Origin: an uncultured Balneolaceae bacterium
Lineage (GTDB): Bacteria > Bacteroidota > Rhodothermia > Balneolales > Balneolaceae
Direction: 5' to 3'
Assembly: GCA_938003885.1 (NCBI GenBank)
Contig: CALKWT010000185.1
Coordinates: 4,570-68,569 of the forward strand
DNA length: 64,000 nucleotides
Each line of letters begins with the position of its first letter. The first letter of the stretch is position 1. This document shows positions 52,283-60,235 of the stretch, piece after piece. A program made the translations under genes and the position numbers. Under the pieces are notes generated by a model. The model saw nothing but the letters and a program-made list of their open reading frames with translations. It made no database searches and was not told the DNA's origin.

Positions 52283-53036
52283 CTTCGGGCGAACCCTGTA
52301 TTTTAGTAGGTTTAACTTGTAGTGCTTCAAAAAGCTCATCAAACTGATTTGTAAGGTGATTTCCGGTAACAACGTGATCACTATACCTGAGCCCAAGCTT
52401 AAGGATATCAATGGATCCGTCTTCTTCTTGTAGAGAATCTTTATCTATATCATCCGGCAAGCCGAGCAGATCGATGATAGAGCTATCTTCAAATTGCCCT
52501 TTGTTTTCCGGATGATGCAGGTTGTAAACAATTTGGGTGTTTTGGAAAATATCTTCATTCTTATACAAGGTTCTGACAAGCAGGGGGATGAGGCCTGCAG
52601 GCCAGTCATGGCAGTGTATAATATCGGGTTGCCAGCCGAGTCTTATAACAGTCTCCAGCACTCCTTTATTGTAGAAAGCCAGTCTCTCGTCATTATCTTC
52701 ATAAAACTCTTTGGCTTTCGGCTTTTCGAACATTCCCTTTCTTTTGAAATATTTATCGTTATCCAGAAAGTACACCTGAAGTTTGGCGTTGGGAATACTG
52801 GCCACCTTGATTTTCATGCTTTCAGTCTCTTCACCCACTTCAACTTCGATGCCGGAGAGCCGGATTACTTCGTGAAGACGGTTCCTGCGATCGTTGATGG
52901 TGCCGAATTTTGGCAGTAATATTCGAATTTCAAAACCTTGATCCTGAAGAGAGGCAGGCAAAAATCGCAGCAAGTCTGCGGTGTAGGTCATTCTGGCAAA
53001 AGGGGCGATTTCAGCAGCTGCATATAGTATTTTCAT
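52227..53036 (-). CDS. Short glycogen/starch-synthase-like protein (N-terminal GT5 domain only)
   Basis: MKILYAAAEIAPF, IRILLPKFG, LHEVIRLSG, VYFLDN and PDIIHCHDWPAGLIP. Only 269 aa; no KTGGL. Confidence 0.85.
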   Translation of the reverse strand: MKILYAAAEIAPFARMTYTADLLRFLPASLQDQGFEIRILLPKFGTINDRRNRLHEVIRLSGIEVEVGEETESMKIKVASIPNAKLQVYFLDNDKYFKRKGMFEKPKAKEFYEDNDERLAFYNKGVLETVIRLGWQPDIIHCHDWPAGLIPLLVRTLYKNEDIFQNTQIVYNLHHPENKGQFEDSSIIDLLGLPDDIDKDSLQEEDGSIDILKLGLRYSDHVVTGNHLTNQFDELFEALQVKPTKIQGSPEDVSKKFANYYREILGETE

Positions 53037-53074
53037 ATAGAAGGTTTTTTTGATGCTTAATATTAAGAGCGTTC

Positions 53075-53887
53075 TTATGTAACATTCGGTTTGTTACCGT
53101 TGGTCAAATTCTTGATATGCTCGTCATCAATGGTATAAAACTCCAGAAGAGTATCGCTTCTCAGGCCCAGGCGAAGTGTTTCAAGAGGGATCACTTCAGA
53201 TGGCTCTATATTGCCCAGATTCACATTGCTTCCCAGTTTTTTTATGAACCAGGCCTGCTGTTCCTTTTGTGGTGCTTCGAAAAGCAGGTGTTCACTGCTG
53301 ATCTGATCGATAATTTCATCGATGAGGCCCGATCTGACCTCACCATTGGGCCTGAAAACTCCAACAGTACCCGATTCTCTTGCTTCGCAAATCACTTTCC
53401 AGGAGCCTGCTTCCAACTCTGCTTCAATCATTCGAACCCACTTGTAAGGGGGAATGATTGCGTCAGGATTTTTGCTTCCAACTTCTGAAAGAACTGTGAA
53501 GTCTTTGCTCAGTTCCCGGATAATTGCCAACTTTCTTTCATCGGAGAGCCAGATCGTACCATTGGAAACCTCAACATAACGAATCCCGTACCTATTAAGC
53601 AACTCAACGTAGCTGTCAAGCTGGTTTCTCAATACATAGGCTTCAAACAACGTGCCGCCAAAATAGACAGGAATCTCATATTTCGTATATACGTCTAATT
53701 TGTCCTGAAGATGTTGTGTGACGAATGAAGTGCCCCAGCCTAATTTAACAATATCCGTATACCCCGAGGCAACTTCACAGAAATCCTCTGCCTGCCGAAC
53801 ACTGAAGCCTTTGTCAAGCGCAAGGGTGATTCCCTTGTTGCGCGGTTTTTGTGTTCTCTCTGGCAGATGATTTAATTGATATGACAT
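53075..53887 (-). CDS. comA: (2R)-phospho-3-sulfolactate synthase
   Basis: KPRNKGIT...DKG, DIVKLGWGT, GGTLFE, EVSNG, SEVGSK, ICEARESG, FEAP..EQQ, VNLGNI and LETLRLGLRSDT. Confidence 0.92.
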   Translation of the reverse strand: MSYQLNHLPERTQKPRNKGITLALDKGFSVRQAEDFCEVASGYTDIVKLGWGTSFVTQHLQDKLDVYTKYEIPVYFGGTLFEAYVLRNQLDSYVELLNRYGIRYVEVSNGTIWLSDERKLAIIRELSKDFTVLSEVGSKNPDAIIPPYKWVRMIEAELEAGSWKVICEARESGTVGVFRPNGEVRSGLIDEIIDQISSEHLLFEAPQKEQQAWFIKKLGSNVNLGNIEPSEVIPLETLRLGLRSDTLLEFYTIDDEHIKNLTNGNKPNVT

Positions 53888-53958
53888 GTGCAGATTTTAG
53901 AGTTTTGATTAATCGGCTCAAGATACAAAAGGATCGTTTTATTAAAAAATAGGAAGAT

Positions 53959-55476
53959 TTAATCCGATTGCCGCTTTTTTGGGTTTGGAATCCGGGCAGA
54001 CAATTCAGAAAGAAACCGGATCCGGCCGTGGTCTGTACGTTCAAGCATCTCATCCGTATATCGCCAGGTCCAGTTGTTTTCTGCAGTACCGGGGATATTC
54101 ATCCTGTGTTCCTGGCCGAGGTTCATGAAGTCCTGCATCGGAAAAATGGCAAGATCGGCTGTCGATAACATCGCCAGCCTGATCAGTTCCCAGTTTATTT
54201 CGCTGCCATCGCTGCGCGTGTAGACCCTTGCTCTGTGAGCGTCAGCCGTCGGTGCCGATTGATACCAGCCGAGGGTGGTGTCGTTGTCGTGGGTACCGGT
54301 ATATACTACACAGTTCCGGGGATAGTGATGTGGCAGATAGGGGTTGCCGGAATCGGAGCCGAAGGCGAACTGCAGAACTTTCATGCCGGGGAAGCTGAAA
54401 CGATCGCGTAGCTTATCAACAGCAGGGGTGATCACCCCCAAATCTTCCGCAATCACCGGAAGCCTGCCCAGCTCTTTCTGAATGGTGATAAAAAGCTTTT
54501 CCCCTGGTCCTTTTACCCATTTACCATTGATTGCATTTTTTTCTGAAGCGGGAACTTCCCAATAAGCTTCGAACCCCCTGAAATGGTCAATCCGTGTAGC
54601 ATCAAAAAGCCGGAACATCTGCCTGAAACGTTCAATCCACCAGGAGAAGCCGTTCTCTTCCATCTTTTTCCAGTTAAACAGGGGGTTCCCCCAGAGTTGT
54701 CCCGTCTCACTGAAGTAGTCTGGCGGGACGCCTGATACCAGTTTCGGTTTCCCGTCTGATCCGACTTCAAAAAGCTCAGGCCTGCTCCAAACATCTGCAC
54801 TGTTGTGATTCACAAAAATAGGAATGTCACCAATAATCTGAATATCCCGCTCATTGGCATAACTTTTCAGGCTGCTCCATTGAGCTGCGAATTCATATTG
54901 AAGCCATGTTTGATAACGGATTTCTTCCCGATGCTCTCTTTTGAAATCTTCCAGGAGCCGACTGTTCCGGCGGGCGAGTCCTGTGGGCCATTCATTCCAG
55001 CTTTTCCACCCGTTCACTTTCAGACTGGCCATGAACACGGTATACTCCTCAAGCCAGTACTTGTTACTATTCTGGAACTGCTCAAAAAGAGCCCTGGAAG
55101 CAGGTGAATGATCTTCAAAATAGCGCTGTGAAGCGAGCCGGAAAAGCCTCTCCTTGTGAGCGTAGGCCTGGCTGAATTGGGCTTTTGTAGTGGATGGCAG
55201 TCTGGCTTCCAATAGCTCGGATGAGGTGAGAAGTCCTTTTTCCTCCAATGTATCCGGGCTGATCAGATAGTGATTTCCTGCAAATGCAGAGTAACTTGTG
55301 TAAGGGGAGTCTCCATACCCGACGGGTGTCAGCGGAAGAATCTGCCAGACCGTTTGTCCTGTCGTTTTAAGAAAATCTATAAATTTTCTGGCACCCTTAC
55401 CAAAATCCCCCATTCCGTAATCTGATGGAAAGGAGGTTGGGTGAACCAGAGTGCCGCAAGCCCTTCGAAATCTCAT
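53959..55476 (-). CDS. malQ: 4-alpha-glucanotransferase (GH77)
   Basis: HPTSFP, WQILPL, GDIPIF, GQLWGNP, RIDHFRG, IAEDLG and YTGTHDNDT. Confidence 0.96.
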   Translation of the reverse strand: MRFRRACGTLVHPTSFPSDYGMGDFGKGARKFIDFLKTTGQTVWQILPLTPVGYGDSPYTSYSAFAGNHYLISPDTLEEKGLLTSSELLEARLPSTTKAQFSQAYAHKERLFRLASQRYFEDHSPASRALFEQFQNSNKYWLEEYTVFMASLKVNGWKSWNEWPTGLARRNSRLLEDFKREHREEIRYQTWLQYEFAAQWSSLKSYANERDIQIIGDIPIFVNHNSADVWSRPELFEVGSDGKPKLVSGVPPDYFSETGQLWGNPLFNWKKMEENGFSWWIERFRQMFRLFDATRIDHFRGFEAYWEVPASEKNAINGKWVKGPGEKLFITIQKELGRLPVIAEDLGVITPAVDKLRDRFSFPGMKVLQFAFGSDSGNPYLPHHYPRNCVVYTGTHDNDTTLGWYQSAPTADAHRARVYTRSDGSEINWELIRLAMLSTADLAIFPMQDFMNLGQEHRMNIPGTAENNWTWRYTDEMLERTDHGRIRFLSELSARIPNPKKRQSD

Positions 55477-55513
55477 GCTTTTGTCCTTTTATCCTGATGG
55501 ATATCCGTTGCAA

Positions 55514-57709
55514 TTACCTTTTCGGTTTCAGAATGATGCCTGCCAGCGGGGGAACCTCTATCTCAATATGATAAGGCCGGTTGTGCCATTCACCCTCGAC
55601 CGATTTTACGGCGTAGGGTCCGGCGTTGCTTCCCCCGTAATGGCCTGAATCACTATTGAGAAGGATTTCAAACTCTACATCCTCCGGAACCCCAAACTTG
55701 TAGCCGGCGTGCAGCTGCGGGGTAAAGTTCAGTATAAAGATGAGGTAATTTTCCGGCTCGTTCCCTTTTCTGATAAAAGAGATCAGGCTGTTATCTGCAT
55801 CTGTGATGTCTATCCATTCAAACCCATCCCACCTGGTGTCGATCTGATGCCAGGCGGATTCATTTTTATAAAGGTGGTTTAAATCTCTGACCAGATTTTG
55901 AACCCCCTGGTGTGCCTCATACTCAAGAAGGTGCCAGTCGATAGATCGGGACTCATCCCATTCATCACGCTGCGCAAACTCCCCTCCCATGAACAGAAGT
56001 TTCTTCCCCGGATGTCCGTACATATAGGTATAGAGCAAACGAAGATTGGCAAATTTCTGCCAATCATCCCCGGGCATTTTGGAGAGGAAGGACTGTTTCA
56101 TATGAACAGTTTCATCATGGGACAGAGGCAGGATGAATTGCTCGGTAAAAGCGTAGATCAGAGAAAAGGTGAGTTGATCCTGATGATGTTTTCGGAATAT
56201 AGGATCCTTTTCAAAATAGGAGAGTGTATCGTTCATCCATCCCATATTCCACTTGAAGTCGAATCCGAGACCGCCCGAAAAGGTGGGTTTCGTTACCCCT
56301 TCCCAGGAGGTGGACTCCTCTGCAAATGTCAAAATGCCGGGATAGTAGAGGTGAGTAACTTCGTTCAGCCGTTGAAGAAAACTGATCGCCTCCAGGTTTT
56401 CACGACCGCCAAAACGGTTCGGGATCCAGTCGTCCTCAGCTCTGGAGTAATCGAGGTAGAGCATGGAAGCCACTGCATCCACCCGGAATCCGTCAATATG
56501 AAACTCATCGATCCAGTAGACGGCGTTCGAGATCAGAAAATTTAAGACTTCGGTTCTTCCATAGTTGAAAATTAACGTTCCCCAATCCCTGTGTTCTCCT
56601 TTTCGCGGATCTGCATACTCATAAAGTGCTGTGCCGTCGAACCGGCCTAATCCGTGCTCATCTTTTGTAAAATGTGCCGGAACCCAATCTATAATGACAC
56701 CAATCCCCGCCTGATGGCAGCTGTTAACAAAATACTTCAGGTCGTCGGGGTTTCCGAATCTGCTGGTAGGAGCATAATAACCAGTGATCTGATAGCCCCA
56801 GGAGGGGTCGTAGGGGTGTTCTGCAACCGGCATCAGCTCCACATGTGTATAGCCCATATCCGTGAGATAGGGTACCAGATCCTCTGCCAGTTCCCTGTAG
56901 CTCAGAAATCCCGGGTCCCGGCCCACATGCCGTTTCCAGGAGCCGGGGTGTACTTCATAGATAGTGAGAGGCAGATTGTGATGGTCTGCTTCCTCCCGGT
57001 GCCTGATCCATTCCTGGTCGGCCCATTCAAACTCGCTCTCCCAGACGACCGACGCAGTACCGGGTCTCAGCTCTGCAAAAAATGCATACGGATCAGACTT
57101 CTTTATCGGATAGACCCCTGGTTGAGACTGGATCTCAAATTTGTAGTAGTCTCCTTTGGTTACATGAGGTATAAAAATTTCCCAGATTCCCTGATCATGG
57201 TACTTCCGCATTCCATGAATCCGGCCATCCCAGTTGTTGAAAGAACCTACAACGCTGACTCGCCGCGCGGAAGGTGCCGACACCACAAAATGAGTCCCGC
57301 GACACCCATCGACCGATTTAACATGAGCCCCCATCATACCGTACGCCCGGTGGTGATTTCCTTCTCCCCACAACTGCAGGTCCAGATCACTCAGCAGCGG
57401 GCCGAACCGATAAGGATCCTCAATTTCATAAGGGTCACCGGACCAGGGAGTTATAAGATAGGAAAACCGGAACCGCTTTTTCCTCCTGGGAAAGATATAC
57501 TCGAAAAGGCCTTCCTCCGACAACCGGTTCATCCTGACTTTTTTTCCTCTGGCCGGATTAATCTCAACCTCTTTGGCATCAGGCCGAAAACAGCGTAACA
57601 GAAGTTTTTCACGGTTATTCTCAGTTACGTGGTGAAAACCCAGAACGGAAAACGGATCGGTATGTTCGCCATTGGAAATGGCCTCAATTTCCTCGATTTT
57701 AAGAGTCAC
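55514..57709 (-). CDS. glgB: 1,4-alpha-glucan branching enzyme
   Basis: YEVHPGSW, SWGYQ, DWVPAHF, DGFRVDAVASMLY, AEEST and LSHDE. GTG start. Confidence 0.97.
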   Translation of the reverse strand: MTLKIEEIEAISNGEHTDPFSVLGFHHVTENNREKLLLRCFRPDAKEVEINPARGKKVRMNRLSEEGLFEYIFPRRKKRFRFSYLITPWSGDPYEIEDPYRFGPLLSDLDLQLWGEGNHHRAYGMMGAHVKSVDGCRGTHFVVSAPSARRVSVVGSFNNWDGRIHGMRKYHDQGIWEIFIPHVTKGDYYKFEIQSQPGVYPIKKSDPYAFFAELRPGTASVVWESEFEWADQEWIRHREEADHHNLPLTIYEVHPGSWKRHVGRDPGFLSYRELAEDLVPYLTDMGYTHVELMPVAEHPYDPSWGYQITGYYAPTSRFGNPDDLKYFVNSCHQAGIGVIIDWVPAHFTKDEHGLGRFDGTALYEYADPRKGEHRDWGTLIFNYGRTEVLNFLISNAVYWIDEFHIDGFRVDAVASMLYLDYSRAEDDWIPNRFGGRENLEAISFLQRLNEVTHLYYPGILTFAEESTSWEGVTKPTFSGGLGFDFKWNMGWMNDTLSYFEKDPIFRKHHQDQLTFSLIYAFTEQFILPLSHDETVHMKQSFLSKMPGDDWQKFANLRLLYTYMYGHPGKKLLFMGGEFAQRDEWDESRSIDWHLLEYEAHQGVQNLVRDLNHLYKNESAWHQIDTRWDGFEWIDITDADNSLISFIRKGNEPENYLIFILNFTPQLHAGYKFGVPEDVEFEILLNSDSGHYGGSNAGPYAVKSVEGEWHNRPYHIEIEVPPLAGIILKPKR

Positions 57710-57819
57710 GTGCGCCCTCGTCGGTTAATTATTTGTAGACAATCAAGATATTAATTTTGGAAGCATTATTATAAGCTTGTCATGAATATCATCACTCCAT
57801 TATAATCAATTTTATTTGG

Positions 57820-59046
57820 ATGAAAATCATTCAGTTTATCTCTCGGAGATACCTTTTTTCAAAGAAGCACATTTCTCTGATCTCCATACTCACCACGATC
57901 AGTATTACCGGGATCACCATCGGGACTGCCCTGCTTATTGTGATTCTCTCAGTTTTTAACGGCTTCTATGATGTGATCAGAGGGTACCTGCTGACTTTTG
58001 ATCCCGATATCCGTGTGGAGCTGGCCGACTACTCCCCTTTACTAGAAAACCATGAGGTGGCCTCGCTACTGGCCGGCCATCCGGATGTGGTCTCTGTCAT
58101 GCCTTTTGTAGAGGGAAAAGCGATGCTGGTATTTGAGAACGGACAAAACGAAGTTCTGAATGTGCGCGGGATTGACTCTGTGCGGGATCCCTTTATCGTG
58201 AACCTTCTCCAGGAACAGGGAGGTGCGGAGTATTCGCTGGCAGTGGAAGGCAACCGTCCGGGCGCACTCGTCAGTGAGACCCTCATCACACGCTACAGAC
58301 TCTCCGAGGGTGATGAAATTGCGATGTTGAGCCCAACCGGTATGAGGAGAGCCTTGACACAATTTTCATCCCCCCGGTCCAGCCGATTTACCATCAGGGC
58401 AGGATATGATATGCATCAGATTGTCGATCTGGATGTGGTGTATGTGGATATTGAGGCTGCACAGCGGCTCTTTAATCTGCGTAATCAGATTTCGGGTTAC
58501 GACCTGACTCTTACCGATACCGATGAGGCTGAGAGAGTGAAGGAGGAGCTCTTGAGCTTGATTGGAGATGAGTATAGGTTGTCGACATGGTATGACCTGC
58601 AAAAACCGCTTTACGATGTCATGTACCTGGAGAAGTGGGGCTCCTATTTTATATTGATGATCATTGTGCTGGTGGCCGTTTTAAATATTCTGGGATCTCT
58701 GACCATGATCGTGCTGCAGAAAAAAAGGGATATCGGTGTGCTGATGTCCCTTGGGATGACTCGTTCCCAAATTCGCAAAATATTTCAATCACAAGGTATC
58801 CGGATCGGATTGATCGGCACAGGAATAGGGGGGCTCGCTGGCCTGGCACTCACCTTTGCACAAAAAGAATTTAGCCTGGTGAAGTTGTCATCCTCTTTTA
58901 TTATCGATGCCTATCCGGTCTCTGTGCAAACTTCCGATATCTTCATGGTCATGACCGGTACCATGGTACTCTGTCTGTTGGCCAGCTGGTATCCATCCAC
59001 CCGGGCATCCAGAGTGGAGCCTGCTGATGCTGTCCGGGAAGAGTAA
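57820..59046 (+). CDS. LolC/E-family ABC transporter permease
   Basis: GITIGTALLIVILSVFNGF, KKRDIGVLMSLG, YPVSV and YPSTRASRVEP. Confidence 0.92.
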   Translation: MKIIQFISRRYLFSKKHISLISILTTISITGITIGTALLIVILSVFNGFYDVIRGYLLTFDPDIRVELADYSPLLENHEVASLLAGHPDVVSVMPFVEGKAMLVFENGQNEVLNVRGIDSVRDPFIVNLLQEQGGAEYSLAVEGNRPGALVSETLITRYRLSEGDEIAMLSPTGMRRALTQFSSPRSSRFTIRAGYDMHQIVDLDVVYVDIEAAQRLFNLRNQISGYDLTLTDTDEAERVKEELLSLIGDEYRLSTWYDLQKPLYDVMYLEKWGSYFILMIIVLVAVLNILGSLTMIVLQKKRDIGVLMSLGMTRSQIRKIFQSQGIRIGLIGTGIGGLAGLALTFAQKEFSLVKLSSSFIIDAYPVSVQTSDIFMVMTGTMVLCLLASWYPSTRASRVEPADAVREE

Positions 59047-59068
59047 TTTTAAATCCTGAGATGAAAGC

Positions 59069-60067
59069 ATGGATCCTCTGACCCACGGTTTGACCGGTGC
59101 TGCTGTCGCCCGGCTTGTACCGGGAAATAACGGAGAGAAGCTCCCTTTTCTGATAGGTTTTCTCTCGGCGCAGCTACCCGACCTGGATGTACTGTTTCAG
59201 ACGGCAGCGGATCCTCTCACCGGTATTGAGTTGCACCGCCACTTCACCCACTCACTTTTTTTTGCGCCGGCAGGAGCGGCCCTTGCTGCGGGGATCTGTT
59301 GGCTGGCCCTCAAAAAGAGGCTCTCCGCTGGTAAACTCTATCTGATGGTGCTGGCCGCCTGGGTAAGTGCCATTCTTCTGGATGCCTGTACAAGTTACGG
59401 GACCCATCTGCTCCTGCCATTCTCCGGAGAGCTCTACTCCTGGAACCTGATTTCCGTTGTGGACCCGGGGGTGACAGCCGGGCTGCTTCTTCTGGGAGGG
59501 TACTCCTTAAAGAGAGCCGGGAAACGGGGCCCCGCTCTGATGGTCATCTGGTTGGGATTCTTTCTGCTGTACGGCGGTTTACAGAAGCTCCGGGTGAAAG
59601 CTTTTGTCGCCGATCGTATCGAGCAGAGAGCTCCTGCGGCGAACGATGGGTATATTGTGAAGCCGACGATTGGCAACCAACTACTCTGGAGAGTGACCTA
59701 TACAGCGGAAGGGGTTGTCTATACAGACGGTGTCCGGGCGGGCTTTCTGAAAGGGATGCAGCTCTATGAGGGGGAGTCTGCAAAACTTCGCAATCCTCAC
59801 GACAGGGAGTTTGCAACTCTCTCTCCCCGCAAAAAAAAGGATATTGAGCGATTCTGGAAGCTGTCGGAAGGGTATATGATTCAGCATCCCGGGAATCCGG
59901 CTATTTTAGGGGATGCGCGCTATTCCATGCTGCCGACAAGCCTCTCTCCCTTGTGGGGTATCGACATCTCGGGGAGAGATTCAGATCCTACACCCTACCT
60001 CTACTTCAGAGATTCAGGGCCTGAAGTGAGAGGTGCATTTATAGATATGCTGCTGGGCAGGGAGTGA
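59069..60067 (+). CDS. YdjM-like metal-dependent hydrolase (inner membrane)
   Basis: MDPLTHGL, PDLD, HRHFTHSL, LDACTSYGT and VVDP. Confidence 0.88.
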   Translation: MDPLTHGLTGAAVARLVPGNNGEKLPFLIGFLSAQLPDLDVLFQTAADPLTGIELHRHFTHSLFFAPAGAALAAGICWLALKKRLSAGKLYLMVLAAWVSAILLDACTSYGTHLLLPFSGELYSWNLISVVDPGVTAGLLLLGGYSLKRAGKRGPALMVIWLGFFLLYGGLQKLRVKAFVADRIEQRAPAANDGYIVKPTIGNQLLWRVTYTAEGVVYTDGVRAGFLKGMQLYEGESAKLRNPHDREFATLSPRKKKDIERFWKLSEGYMIQHPGNPAILGDARYSMLPTSLSPLWGIDISGRDSDPTPYLYFRDSGPEVRGAFIDMLLGRE

Positions 60068-60235
60068 CGTGTAGATTGGCACTCCCCCGAATTGTGATCG
60101 GATCGATTCACCCGGTCCTTTGTGAAACCGGTTCAACGGGTTGAGTCTCCCCCGGAACTACTCCTGGCAGATGGCTGCCCGATTCATGATCAACCTTCTG
60201 TCTTGTCCGTAACTATTGTGTCTGTCTGGGATCCC

